A program made the position numbers and the translations under genes. This document shows, piece after piece, positions 12,860-26,429 of a stretch of DNA of 64,000 bases. The notes beneath the pieces are model-generated. The model saw nothing but the letters and a program-made list of their open reading frames with translations. It had not been told where the DNA came from and did not search any database. This DNA is from Eledone cirrhosa. Taxonomy: Eukaryota. Location: NCBI GenBank assembly GCA_964016885.1, contig OZ024748.1, forward strand, positions 46,004,001 through 46,068,000, in the 5' to 3' direction. Position 1 is the first letter of the stretch. Each line of letters begins with the position of its first letter.

Positions 12860-13218
12860 GTGCTTTATTTTATTGACACCTTAAGGAAGAAAGACAAAGC
12901 TAACCTCGGCAGGATTTGAACACGGAAGGTAAAAGGCTGTAGCTCGATGCTCCAAAGCATGTTGTCTGACGCTCTACCTAATCTGCGAATCTAACGCCGT
13001 CATCTCGTATTATATAATTTAAAAAGGGCGGTGGATTGGCAGTATCGGTAGAGGGTCGGACGCCATGCTTTCCAGCATAGTTACGTCCCTTTACGATCGG
13101 AGTTCAAATCCCGCCGAGGTTGAACTTTGCCTTTCATCCTTACGGGGTCGATAAAATAAAGTACCAGTAATGCACTGGGTAATTGCTGGCCTTGTGCCTA
13201 AAGTAGAAACAATTATAT
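12860..13218. mobile_element. Head-to-head pair of family A SINEs (12860-12998 minus, 13027-13218 plus)
   Basis: Both match the family A consensus in opposite orientation; the plus copy ends about 20 bp from the exon 7 donor. Confidence 0.8.
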
Positions 13219-13238
13219 AATTTAAAAAAATCACTTAC

Positions 13239-13471
13239 CTTGCCATTGTCAAATGATTCAAATATTGTCGTAAAACACCTAGACGTTTCATCAAATATAA
13301 TTTCCTCAAAGCGTAAATCGGCTAGGACGTCAGTTATTGTACAGGGACATTGTATCATGACGCTAGTCGACGCGATTTGAGTATCTTTATTTGCCCAATG
13401 CCATTCAAGACAGTTCAATTTGTAATTATTAGGAGAATCAGAAGCAACCAAAAATGTCCAAGTCCCGCCAC
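13239..13471 (-). CDS. Mucin-like gene, coding exon 7: NIDO end and AMOP N-terminal half
   Basis: ttctaAG acceptor, GTAAGT donor, phase 1-0; GGTWTFLV...NCLEWHW...[15 protein letters not shown]...RCF. Confidence 0.9.
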
Positions 13472-13543
13472 CTTAGAATTAAAGCAAAGAAAATTATCAG
13501 GCATGGCTGTGTGATTAAGAAGTTCGCGTCACAACTACGTGTG

Positions 13544-13619
<76 letters not shown>

Positions 13620-13632
13620 AATATATATATAA

Positions 13633-13681
<49 letters not shown>

Positions 13682-13816
13682 AATATATATATATAAATAT
13701 ATATAAATATATATATAAATAAATATATTTAAATAAATATATATAAATATATATATAAATAAATATATATATAAATAAATATATATATATATATAAATAA
13801 ATATATATATAAATAA

Positions 13817-13847
<31 letters not shown>

Positions 13848-13975
13848 TATATAAATAAATATATATAAATATATATATAAATAAATATATATATATATAT
13901 AAATAAATATATGTAGGAGGTGAGTTTTATTGTAGTACAATAACCATCTTTTGATCTTATATATTATAAATATAT

Positions 13976-14014
<39 letters not shown>

Positions 14015-14128
14015 AATATATATATATATAAATATATAAATATATATATATATAAATATGTAGATAAATCACTTATTTTATTTTATATATATAAATATAT
14101 ATATATATATAAATATATATATAAATAT

Positions 14129-14163
<35 letters not shown>

Positions 14164-14189
14164 AATATATATATAAATATATATATATA

Positions 14190-14237
<48 letters not shown>

Positions 14238-14260
14238 TATATATATAAATATATATATAA

Positions 14261-14367
<107 letters not shown>

Positions 14368-14438
14368 AATATATATATACATATATATACATATATATAT
14401 ATATATAAATATATATATACATATATATATATATATAA

Positions 14439-14485
<47 letters not shown>

Positions 14486-14566
14486 TATATATATACATAT
14501 ATATACATATATATATATATATATTTATACATATATATACATATATATATATATATATATTTATAC

Positions 14567-14611
<45 letters not shown>

Positions 14612-14854
14612 TATACATATATATATATATATACATATATATACATATATATATATATATACATATACGGATGTCTGAAACAGGTAAAAGAGTAAAAGAG
14701 TATATCTATGTATGTGTATATGTATGTATATATGTATGTGTGTGTATGTATGTATATATGTATATGTGTGTATGTATGAGTGTGTGAATGTGTGTGTATA
14801 TGTATATATGTAGAGCTTTAGTTATATCATATACATTAACATAAATCATTTTAC

Positions 14855-15050
14855 CGTTATTTCCTTGAACAAGACTTTCGCTTATGATGTTGTTGGAACC
14901 CGATGCGATGTTGTTGTAAAGGAGGTCATGAGTTGTGTAACCCATATATATAGGAAGTGATTCATCCCAGTTCAGGGAGCACGTATCGTAAATATAGCTG
15001 ACATATGTGTAGGTTCCATTTGTTGTCAGAAGGAATTGAAACGTGGCCTC
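14855..15050 (-). CDS. Mucin-like gene, coding exon 6: NIDO domain
   Basis: ttgtAG acceptor, GTAAAA donor, phase 0-1; EATFQFLLTTNGTYTYVSYIYDTCSLNWDE... matches NIDO TFQxxLxTDG. Confidence 0.92.
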
Positions 15051-15360
15051 CTACAAAGAAAATATAAATAAAATTTATTAGGATCAATCAATTTTCGTCA
15101 AATCGGGCCGAGGAAACAATGTTTCCGTCGGTCTTTCCAGTTACTAGTACAATCTATCGGTCACAACTCCAGGTAGAAAGAGCAACGTGAAATAAAGTGT
15201 CTTGTTCAAGGACGTAACGCATCGCCTGGCCCAGGAATCGAACTCACAACCTCAAGATTGTAAATCCAATTCACTAACCACTCAGCCACATGGCTTTTCT
15301 GAAAATGCCTTAAACGTCCCTTATATCTATCTAACTACATCTGTATCTACACAAATATCT

Positions 15361-15398
<38 letters not shown>

Positions 15399-15565
15399 CC
15401 CTTCCACATCTCCCACCAACACCACACACCTGTCACCTTGATTCACCTATATTTTCTTTCCTCTCTTGTAATTCATCCATGTAACACCAACAATGATATA
15501 TCACTTACACAAACAACACCGCATACCACGCACACACACACACACGCCCTCCGTCTTCACCCCAC

Positions 15566-15646
<81 letters not shown>

Positions 15647-15654
15647 ACTTATAT

Positions 15655-15695
<41 letters not shown>

Positions 15696-15872
15696 AGTGG
15701 TAACAACAGTTAGTTCACCATACCGAGAACAATTGTTTCACCTTAGCGGATTTTGAGCTCGTACTGGTTATGGTTGTTGCGTATAACCATGTTTTACCAC
15801 TTCTACCTAATTCGTTCGATGGAGTGAGTGCTCTACCACTATGGACATTACCTTCCAGTGTTCTCACTCTCA

Positions 15873-15924
<52 letters not shown>

Positions 15925-15969
15925 TCAGAAAAATAATGAATGAAGACAATCGCATAATCCAAATTTATA

Positions 15970-16031
15970 TTTTATTATATATATTTCGAAGGTACTGTGC
16001 TGTTTTTTCAGTACGTCCTCGTCAGATAAAA
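15970..16031 (-). ncRNA. Minimal type I hammerhead ribozyme
   Basis: ttttat CTGACGA ggac-gtactg..cagtac-cttc GAAA tatata TA ataaaa; 6 bp stem I, palindromic stem III. Confidence 0.7.
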
Positions 16032-16165
16032 TACATAAATTGGTGTATGACATACCTCAACTGTCTTGATAGTTCAATTCCAGTATTGGCACTATATATT
16101 TATATATAAGTGGTAACACAACAGTTAGTTCACCATATCGAAAACAATTATTTCACTATATATAA

Positions 16166-16345
16166 GGCGGTGGTTTGGCAGTATCGGTAGAGCGTCAGAC
16201 ACTATGCTTTTCAGCATAGTTCTGGCCCTTTTCGTTCTGAGTTCAAATCCGCCGAGGTTAACTCTGCCTTTAATCCTTACGAGGTCGATAAAATAAAGTA
16301 CCAGTGATGCACTGGGGTAATCGCTGGCCTTGTGCCAAAAGTAGA

Positions 16346-16379
<34 letters not shown>

Positions 16380-16760
16380 TGCCAATCAGGAGTTACGAGC
16401 TAATACCTATGGCATTAGGTTATTAGGTTCACGTACTCAACACACGCACGATAAGGACTATTAAAACAAAAATATTATACGGTTAAAAAATATTCTATAA
16501 CATCCCTTTCCGTAAAAATGCTTCTCCTCGGTAAAGAACTAGCACCCATAAAAGAATTTTACATATATATAATTGTTTCTACTTTTGGCACAAGGCCAGC
16601 AATTATTCAGTGCATTACTGGTACTTTATTTTACACATATATAATTGTTTCTACTTTAGGCACAAGGCCAGCAATTACCCAGTGCATTGCTGGTACTTTA
16701 TTTTATCGACCCCATAAGGATGAAAGGCAAAGTCAACCTCGGCGGGATTTGAAATCACAT
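16166..16760. mobile_element. Family A SINE cluster (16166-16350 plus; 16570-16630 and 16642-16760 minus)
   Basis: Matches to the family A consensus. Confidence 0.75.
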
Positions 16761-16789
16761 ATATAATGACGTTTAAAAATATACTGAGA

Positions 16790-17310
16790 ACACTCTCTCG
16801 TATGCCAGGTCACTGTTGAGTGCTACTGGTAACATGTAACCCAGTACAACCTGTCGCATGGTCGGGTCGTCGGCGACTAAACCGGCAACCCCACAAAGTT
16901 TACTTGCTGAGGAGGGTGATTTTGGATACCCTGCAGGACAAAAATAAACCTGACAAAAGGCGGAAAAATTCATAAGAGCCAACGGCAATCTAAAAAAAAA
17001 AGAAAAAGTTTTGCCATATCAATGGGTGGCAGTAGTCTCAGCTACACGCATGGAAAGTCTGGTATAGTGGTTATGAGAACAATGTTGGCTTTGCAGATGA
17101 TCAATGCAAATTGACAATGGAAAGGTGCTCCCACTCTAGTTGGAAGAGAACTATTGACCTTCAGGAGAAGCAGTGACTCCTAATCGTATTCAACAACCAA
17201 AACAAATATGAAGTACACCAAATCCAATGCTCCTAGGGGCGGCCCTGGTTCTTCTTATTTGCGAGTGTAAACTAGGCCAGATTAGATTAGATTAGATTAG
17301 ATTAGATTTG
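16790..17310 (+). mobile_element. Short non-autonomous retroelement, probably RTE-derived, with (TTAGA)n tail
   Basis: GC-richer island with ggcgactaaaccggcaacccc (RTE 5'UTR-like) ending in a gattagattagattag tail; no ORF. Confidence 0.45.
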
Positions 17311-17552
17311 ATTAAATATATAAAATATGTTACAACAGTACTTTTGGAGTTCTCAGAAAATAGCGGAGAGTTCTACAAGGGCAGGTATTCTATAAGTTGC
17401 ATTTGTAGAAATCTCCGGTATTTTCTAAAAACTCCAAAATAATCTGACCAGGTAGCAATTTTTATTTGATATAACAGGCTGAATGAGTTGGGGTGTATAA
17501 CATTTGAAGCATTAGATATAATATAATGAAACATTTGGTATAATAAACAAAC

Positions 17553-17861
17553 CTTTTCATTGGTTTTCTGGCGGTGAGGTATGACATTTTCCCATGTTAC
17601 AATCAAAGCATATACGCTATCGAAGACAAAATTTGCTTTATCTTTAATAAATACGTTTACTTTTTCTAAAAGTTTGTTGTCGTCGTCGCTAATTTGTCGA
17701 GAAACGGGATATTTTTGTAATGTTTTATAGTATATTTTGCCATATAAACTAATATCAATATCCGTCCAGAATGGTGCAAACGTGGTACTGTCTGACTGGG
17801 TAAGCGCCCTTGGTGAATAACTGAAATTATCTAGTTCGCTTACTAGTCCGTTGGTGTAAAT
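17553..17861 (-). CDS. Mucin-like gene, coding exon 5: NIDO domain N-terminal part
   Basis: ttttAG acceptor, GTTTGT donor, 309 nt phase 0-0; IYTNGLVS...FAPFWTDID...GKIYY...LIVTWENV are NIDO signature motifs. Confidence 0.93.
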
Positions 17862-17917
17862 CTAAAAATATAAAAAAATATTACATTTACAATATGTATA
17901 TAAATATATATAGAAAA

Positions 17918-18332
17918 GAATGAAATGAAATTTCATTTCTCACTCTTAGTACGGCTGCTACTTAAATGTAAGTATGTATGCGTACATACATATATGTATA
18001 CAGACGTACAGTAGTATGTATATATATACATACATGCACACATATATATATGTACGTATGGGTTTACCGAACATTTATTATAATGTTCGGTTTGTTTGTA
18101 AACAAACAGCCGGAAATAAGCCGTACAGTGTTCGGCAACCATCGTCGCCCTTTTGTTCAACACTGACAAAGGAACGATGAACTCGCTTCAAGCTTATTAG
18201 CTATCGTCAGCATCGTATACCTTCCTGTCAGATGATTGAACGTTTGAAAGTATATACTTTCCTTATGCATATTAACGGCTGAGCAGCCTAATTTGCATAA
18301 CGTGTGAGTTACTCGGCCGGGCGTACCAAAAA

Positions 18333-18336
<4 letters not shown>
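17918..18336 (-). mobile_element. Retrozyme-like ~420 bp repeat, copy A (one unit; degenerate hammerhead at 18175-18215)
   Basis: Homologous to the 45.5, 58.1, 59.4 and 63.1 kb copies; cgatg CTGACGA tagc..gctt GAAG cgag TT catcg. Confidence 0.65.
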
Positions 18337-18368
<32 letters not shown>

Positions 18369-18415
18369 TATACACCTCAACAACATATGTACTTGTCTAT
18401 ACCACACTAATTCGG

Positions 18416-18470
18416 ACTGCCTGAAGAGGTCACAGCCAAAGATGGCTGTCACTGAAATATATATAGCAGT
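18416..18470 (+). ncRNA. Minimal type I hammerhead ribozyme
   Basis: actgc CTGAAGA ggt-cacagcca aaga tggctgtc-act GAAA tatata TA gcagt; perfect 5 bp stem I. Confidence 0.75.
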
Positions 18471-18515
18471 AATGAACGAAGCTAAATTTTAAACATTTGA
18501 CTTTTTATTTAACTT

Positions 18516-18643
<128 letters not shown>

Positions 18644-18644
18644 C

Positions 18645-19445
18645 ATTAATTAAATTAAATTAAGGGAGTCATGTCCGAGACATGCGCCATGTCCAGCGTA
18701 GAATAAGCTCAAAGATTCCAATGAATAGATCCGAGCATTTTATATCAACTAGAAATTGATTGACATATATATATATATTTAACATAAACACATGAAATAA
18801 TCACAGGGGATAATTTGTAAAGTGTGTAATCCCACATAGTTATGTAGGTAACTAATTAAAGTTTAACTAGAGCTTCAAATATTACCCTTTTAAAAAATGA
18901 TTAATCCTCATTTTATATATTTCATTAAAGAAATATATTTCACCGTTTATCCGTAAAGTTATAGTAGTCAAATCTTGGATCTTCAGCAAGGGGAAAGATG
19001 TAACGATCTGTGCTTACACATCTAATGTAAATCTGCGTGTGAGCCATCGCACGTGTTGCATTTCTAAAACTACTAACAACATGCTAGCGTCACCACATTG
19101 GCGTGAATAGGGTGATCGACAGCTATAAATAGCAGCCGGGTCCTTTCACCTGAATAAACTCTACAGTTAAGGAGCCATTTATATATCTAACGTTAATTTA
19201 ATTAAATTAAATTTAGTGAGTCATGTCCGAGACATGCGCCATATCCACCGTAGAATAACCCAAAGATTCCAATGAATAGATTCCATTTATTATCAACTAG
19301 AAATTCATTGACATATAGATATTTAAAATAAACACATGAAACAATCATAGGAGATAATTTGTAAAGTATGTAATCATACATAGTTATGTAGGTAACTAAT
19401 TAAAGTTTAACTAGAGCTTCAATTATTACCTTTCTAAAAAATTAT
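18645..19445. repeat. Local direct duplication of about 250 bp (18645-18900 and 19200-19445)
   Basis: gagtcatgtccgagacatgcgccat ... gtaggtaactaattaaagtttaactagagcttcaa present twice. Confidence 0.75.
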
Positions 19446-19524
19446 CCCCTGTGACTGTTTCGTGTGTTTATTTTAAATATATGTATGTCAATCAATTTCT
19501 AGTTGATATATATATATATATACC

Positions 19525-19573
<49 letters not shown>

Positions 19574-20023
19574 TATAATATATATGTATATATGCATATA
19601 TATATGCATATATATGTTTATATGTATATATGTATATATGCATATATATATATGTGTATATATGGATGTATGCATATATATATATCATATATATACAGAG
19701 GAAAATGTATTACCCACTCTACTACTCTAAGTATTGAGTACTCTTGTGCATTATGGCCCATCTGGTTCCTTACCACAACTCCTTAGTTATATATATATTC
19801 ATGGCTTGGTGGTAGTGCATTCGATTTACTATCGGAAGTTTGTGAGTTCGATTCACGACTTCTTTAGAAATGCAGATGATGTATGTAATTTTAAAATTTA
19901 TACTGTGAAATGTGTGTGTATATGTGTGTGTTGGGGGGGGGGGGATTTCTGTATGTGTCTGTGTTTTAGTACCTACCATGTTTTATATGATATAGCAATA
20001 TGAACGCCCTGCGTATTACTTAC

Positions 20024-20133
20024 ATATAGTTTATCCACCAATATGCCACCAACTGGAACTGAGACAGGTAACTGGACTACTTCACGAATATCATCAGCAG
20101 TGTTTAATTGTTTACCACCAGTCATAAATAGAT
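20024..20133 (-). CDS. Mucin-like gene, coding exon 4: pre-NIDO region
   Basis: cgcAG acceptor, GTAAGT donor, phase 1-0; (N)LFMTGGKQLNTADDIREVVQLPVSVPVGGILVDKLY joins IYTNG of the next exon as in NIDO proteins. Confidence 0.85.
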
Positions 20134-20391
20134 CTGCGATTGAGTAAAAGATGAAAATCAAATCCTTGAGCAAAACACTTTATTTCACATTGTCCTGTTC
20201 ACGTGTGTGTGTGATTGTGTGTCTCTCTCTCTCTCTATATATATATACGTATATATATATATATATATATACATATATATATACGTATATATATATGTAA
20301 AAGGTAAACAGAAATAACACAATCGTTACAGTATATGGAAGGGATATATTAGGTTAACGCTTGAAATAGCCCTTCATCAGAAGAAATAATT

Positions 20392-20571
20392 GTTTCTACT
20401 TTAGACACAAGGCCAGCAATTACCCAGTGCATTACTGGTACTTTATTTTATCGACCCCGTAAGGATGAAAGGCAAAGTCAACCTCGGCGGGATTTGAACT
20501 CAGATCGTAAAGGGACGTAACTATGTTGGAAAGCATGGCGTCCGACCCTCTACCTATACTGCCAATCCACC
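20392..20571 (-). mobile_element. Family A SINE with 17 bp target-site duplication, inserted in a Penelope-like terminal repeat
   Basis: TSD catcagaagaaataatt at 20375-20391 and 20572-20588. Confidence 0.88.
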
Positions 20572-20811
20572 CATCAGAAGAAATAATTAGAAATAAGATA
20601 GATTGAGGGGATGGGCGGGTTATATATATAGTGAAGGCGTATGGCTTAGTGGTTAGAAATTAAAATTTAAATTGAAGTGAAAGCACTGGTTGCGTGTGTT
20701 TCTTATTGGCAACATGACCCTCCCAAAGTATTACAATATATATATATATATATTAGTACAGATTAAACTTTAATCTGTACTAATAATAAATATTTGAAAT
20801 ATTTGCTCTAC

Positions 20812-20855
<44 letters not shown>

Positions 20856-20922
20856 GTATATATACATATATATATATATATTCCTTATCGAGCCCTCTTC
20901 GGATTATATATATATTACTTAC

Positions 20923-21087
20923 TCTGTGCTGGAACACATTGAGTTGTTACGTAGATTGGCGTCGTTGTATGATATGAAGTGATCATTGTAGAAATAGTTG
21001 TTTCCGTGTATATAGTGGTATCGGGTAAGTTCGTAGACCCAGAATATATCACACTGTCGAGTTGGCCATATACAGTTGTAAAAGCAT
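20923..21087 (-). CDS. Mucin-like gene, coding exon 3: end of signal peptide plus short Thr-rich segment
   Basis: ttccAG acceptor, GTAAGT donor, phase 1-1; (Y)AFTTVYGQLDSVIYSGSTNLPDTTIYTETTISTMITSYHTTTPIYVTTQCVPAQ. Confidence 0.82.
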
Positions 21088-22324
21088 CTGGAAAAGATTA
21101 AATGTAACCCCGTCAAATACTGCAATAAGTAACACATGCGCGCCCGCACATACACACACATGCACATGCACGCACACACACTCTTAGTGTTTATGGTATT
21201 AAACCCTGTATCATAAGATCCTTGTCTCGATTACTGCACGGTGTGGCGTAGTACTTCACAATAGATCTTTAGATTCATTTATTAAAACAGCCAAGAAAGC
21301 TCAAATGAGAGGCCACCTCAAAGGAGCCCAGATAATTATTTATAGGTATTTGCTATTAATTTCATTTTCGCTTTACATATCCCTACGCACGTATATAATG
21401 GACGGACATCTGTAAATTTCTACAATGAAAGTTCCATTTTTTAACGTAATGGATTCGTCACGTCGAGATATTAACGTGCAATTATTCAGTACTCCGCAGA
21501 TGCAGCTACGCAAATACTCCTATTATCATTTTTATATATACTTAATGTAAGTTTGATGTCATTGTGAAGGCGCGTAGCTGAATGATTAAAGAATTGGATT
21601 CGCAATCGTAAGGTTGTGATTTCTATTCCCGGATCGAGCGATGCGTTATGTCATTGCGCAAGACACTTTATTTTTATGTTACTCTTTCTGTCTGGAGTTG
21701 CGACCGACAGATTGTACTAGCAATTGGAAAGACCAATGGAGACATTTGACGAGCTCCATACCACTCGATAAGCGAATGATATCTGCGATCTTGTCGATCC
21801 ACTATCGATAATGTCATTAGCACGGTTAGTGAAAAGACTGCTACAGTTTAATTCCATCTTTTTAGTTCCCGGCCAGGTGTAAATGGTCACGAATGACCAT
21901 GGGGTATCACGCTGTTGAATAGAACCATATAATTACTGCAAACCGAACTTAAACATTTGGCCACGTTTCATTCACCAAAAACACAACGATCCTTTCGCTC
22001 TCCCCAACACACATAAGTAAACTTCTTAATGCAACTCCTTCCAAAATCAAAGCTCGTTCCTTGGAGGGGAACATCATTAACGGTCTCATTAAATCATATA
22101 TAAATATACTGTATACGATTCTCTTCTGCACTATATTCGTCTGCCAAATGTCATTCACAAGCCATTATCAATCCGAGGCAATATAAGTAGAACCACTTGC
22201 GCAATGTATCAGGCTGTAGGACTCAAGCCGAAACAGCGTGGGTCGTGGAAAGAAATCCTTTGCCACATTACCATGCCTAATCCTCATTTATAAAGCGAAT
22301 ATTTCAACTGAAAACATTACTTAC

Positions 22325-22367
22325 ACACGATAAATAGTAATAGACATGGAGACCGTATTTTTGAGTA
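22325..22367 (-). CDS. Mucin-like gene, coding exon 2: signal peptide core (43 nt)
   Basis: tttctcgtttcAG acceptor, GTAAGT donor, phase 0-1; YSKIRSPCLLLFIV. Confidence 0.75.
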
Positions 22368-23084
22368 CTGAAACGAGAAAGAAAATACAATATATTATTT
22401 AATTTGCACAGCGTTCTCTTTGGTTTAAGAAAAAACATTAACACACACACACACGCTAACATGCACGAAATGGTATTTTCATGTGGTGGCTGACGGAGAA
22501 ATTGAATCCTTTTCTTGTATGCCCTCCGTATATATTTGTCCGTTTAAAATTATATATATATATATACATCGGAGGCCATATTCATTTGATTCAGGATTAT
22601 TTAAAACTCCCTTATACATATTTCACTGAGGACTATCAATAATGATAGCCTGAGCCCTTCAGACGTTATACATATTTCACTGAGGGCTATCAATAATGAT
22701 AGCCTGTGCTCTCCAGACGGCAAAACCTGAGATGAACATTGAAAGTTTCTAAGAAACCCTTAAATTTGGAAAAAATCCAATAATTTCTCGAAAAAGATTT
22801 TCTTTTGATGATATAGGGGGCTGACCAAACGCTTGATGTTGTTTGGTCGACGAGTCCTCAGTTAAATATGTATAACGGAGTTTTAAATACATCTGTATCA
22901 AATGAACATCGGCCCCCCATCTTTTATTGATATATAATGCTCCGACTTGAACCTCTGATACATGTCATAGAGCGCTTCTTTTTATCTGCTTCACGACTGA
23001 CAGACCATAATGTGGTCCGCACATCTCTGTTCGGTTAAACCCATATACTAATATATATATATATATATATAAATATATATATAA

Positions 23085-23305
23085 GGAAAAGTATGACCCC
23101 GACGGCAGAACTCAAGCCGTTTCGACTGCTATTTCTGGACTAAATTAGAATTTTTAGCCAGGCTAAAAATTCTAATTCGAAACGGCTTGAGCTCTGCCGT
23201 CGAGGTCATACTTTTTCCTATTTCCCACGCTACTACCCTAAGTATTGAGTACTCTGGTGCGTTACCACAATTCCATCTGGTTCCTTACCACAATTCCTTT
23301 GTTAT
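23085..23305. mobile_element. Penelope-like terminal fold-back module carrying a hammerhead 3' half; related copies at 28190-28920, 35700-35800, 46490-46690, 47365-47415, 59210-59365
   Basis: GAAA cgg cttgagctctg ccg TC gggg followed by a conserved gtattgagtac tail and (TA)n; partial inverted copy in front. Confidence 0.55.
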
Positions 23306-23373
23306 ATATATATATATATATATAATTATATATATATATATATAATTATATATATAATATATATATATATAAT

Positions 23374-23419
<46 letters not shown>

Positions 23420-23422
23420 AAT

Positions 23423-23471
<49 letters not shown>

Positions 23472-23479
23472 TATATATA

Positions 23480-23512
<33 letters not shown>

Positions 23513-23539
23513 ATATATATATATATTTATATATATAAT

Positions 23540-23576
<37 letters not shown>

Positions 23577-23616
23577 AATTATATATATAATATATATATT
23601 TATATATATATATAAT

Positions 23617-23659
<43 letters not shown>

Positions 23660-23683
23660 ATTATATATATATATATATATAAT

Positions 23684-23729
<46 letters not shown>

Positions 23730-23910
23730 ATATATATAATTATATATATAATATATATATATATATAATTATATATATAATATATATATATATATAATTA
23801 TATATATAATATATATATATATATATAATTATATATATAATATATATATATATATATAATTATATATATAATATATATATATATATATAATTATATATAT
23901 AATATATAAT

Positions 23911-24009
<99 letters not shown>

Positions 24010-25413
24010 TTAATATAGAAAAGGCTTCTTCAGGACTAGAACTGTTTCATTCGGGCTTCCTTGTGATTTCTCCCGAATGAAACAATTCTAGTCCTGTAGA
24101 AGCCTTTTCTATATTACATATTTATACTCTGCTTTCTATTGAGTTTAAATTGACTCACACACGTCACACATACACGCATATATACACATATTCACACATA
24201 TGCAATAGACGAATAGACAAAAATAAATTCAATTACCCGACATGTTCAGACTTGTTGCATATATGTGTGTGTGTATGTGTTTGTACGTATGTGTGCGCGT
24301 GGAACTTTATGTTACAGGGAATACTTTAGAAGAAAGAAACAGATGTAAAATTTCAAGAACATTTGTACGTACAATAATCTCACTATAATCTTTTAAAGAA
24401 CTATTATATTTGAATAAATATTTCAGCAATTTATATGCCTTAGATTTAGGAACACATTTATCTTTTGTTTTTTATTTGTGCTGGGTTATGCATCCCACTC
24501 CCTTCGGTCATGAATGACCCTGTATTTGCACCTGGAAAATACTTTTTTTGATGTGCAGGCCTGGACAAGTTGGTCTTTAAAAAACCACTAGACGTCCATG
24601 AAAAAAGTGACCCCTCTCACCGTAACTGTTATTGTTCAAAGCTCGATACAGCTAGGCCCCAGTGACGTGACATCTAAAATGTTTTCAGTTGAGTGAACTG
24701 GAGCAACGGGATTTAAAATATCTTGAGGTCTCGATTAAAATTCCGTTGGGGTCACCGTTTGACTTTTATCCTTTGACAGACGATAAGTAAGATACCATCG
24801 TAAATGTTAGAGCGTCACCCTGCATTTTCTGTTTCAGGACTTTGCATTCTGAGTTCAAATCCACCAGTATTTTAATGGGTTGTTGCACGTAACCTCTCAC
24901 TGCTTTTAACCTACCCTTACGTGTTTTTAGTTTAGTCTATGCTGATGTAAAATTCAATCCAGGTCCCGGTTGTGCGGACATTTTTCTCCTTCTATTCTAC
25001 CTTCCTGGGAGGCCCTGGCATGTATCATGGCCACTGACCGTTCCCGTCCAGACTGAAACAAAAACACTGCTCTAGAGTAAAAAGTATTAGTCCTGTTAGT
25101 TATAACTAGACGCCAATAATTATAGGCAGTGGAAACAATGTTTAAATACCGTGTGTTTCCTTATCATATAGAAAACATCAGCATAAATAAAGTTGTAATA
25201 TTTTCCGTTTGAATTATAGGGCCAGATTCCATCATTCATGTGATGGGTTTCCAAACTGTTTCGGTCATCTCAATTTTAATTTCAAGTCTTGCGTGGACCC
25301 GAAAATGTGTTAAGAGGCACTTGCTCAAGATATCACACCGTAAGATCAAATCCGGGATATATTGATTGTAAAGCAAACATCTTAAATATGTTGTTTCCAT
25401 TAGAGAAAATATG

Positions 25414-25625
25414 ATTTCTAATATAGGCACAAGGCCAGTAATTTGGAGGAGGGGAAAGTCGATTAAATCGACCATCAGTACGTTACTGGTACTTTATTTT
25501 ATCGACCACGTAAGATAAAAGGCAAAGTTAACCTTGGCGGGATTTGAACTCAGACCGTAAAGGTGTGTAACTCTATGCCGCAGAGCATGGTGTCCGACAC
25601 TCTACCTATACTGGCAATCCACCTT
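25414..25625 (-). mobile_element. SINE family A, long variant
   Basis: Reverse-complement match including the gatttaatcgactttcccc insert. Confidence 0.8.
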
Positions 25626-25732
25626 CCTATTGCAGACAATATAATAACATCAATACGAAATACGAAAAGCGAAAAGTATAAGATTTAAAAAATTAAAACA
25701 AATAATATCATGAATAATTTAAAAATACTTAC

Positions 25733-25735
25733 CAT
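25733..25735 (-). CDS. Mucin-like gene, start codon at the end of a mostly 5'UTR exon (exon about 25733-25862)
   Basis: ATG immediately followed by GTAAGT; strong acceptor ttctcttcctatttcAG at 25864-25863; no other ATG in the exon; phase 0 matches the next exon. Confidence 0.7.
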
Positions 25736-26429
25736 TATGTCGAATCCCTTTTTCCCAAAGAAGTCAATAAATAATATGTAATTTATATATATATTTATAT
25801 ATTTATATATGAAGAGGATGCTTATAAATGGTGAATAAAATTAGTTATAGTTGATTTATCGTCTGAAATAGGAAGAGAAAAAACAAGGGAAGAAATAGTA
25901 ATACAATAACAACAACAATAACAATAATAACATTTGAAAATAACATTAATTGCAAACTTCTATCAAGAAAACCTAAAAATGAGAAATGGCTCCAATAAAA
26001 ATGGTCTGAACGCTTGTATGTATGTCTGTGTATGTATGTGTGTGTATGTATGTATGTATGTGCGTATGTGTGTGTGCAGGTGTGTGTGCATGTGTGTCTA
26101 TGTTTTTGTGTGTGTGTGTGTGTGTGTTTTTAGCGTGAGCCTTTTCTTTCAGACACGAAGGTGATGTTTGTTGTTGTGGTGTTGCTGATGACGTTACTGG
26201 TGATGGTTGTGGTGCTGTGGTAATGGTTTTTTTTGTTGTTGTTGTGGTGGTGTTTTTTTTGTTGTTGTTGCTGTGCGCCGGTGTTGGGGGTGGCGGTGGT
26301 TGTTTATATTTTTGTTGTTGCGGGGGATAATTAGATTCTAGTAGGTTTGAATTTGCTTTTCCCTCTTTCGGCGTCGATAATATAAAATACCAGTTCATTG
26401 CTGATAGAACTAACGTTCCTTATCACCGT

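Noticed and set aside
20919-21179. ORF-track reading RCFYNCIWPTRQC of exon 3
   Set aside because: Wrong frame; splice phases of the neighbouring exons require the Thr-rich frame.
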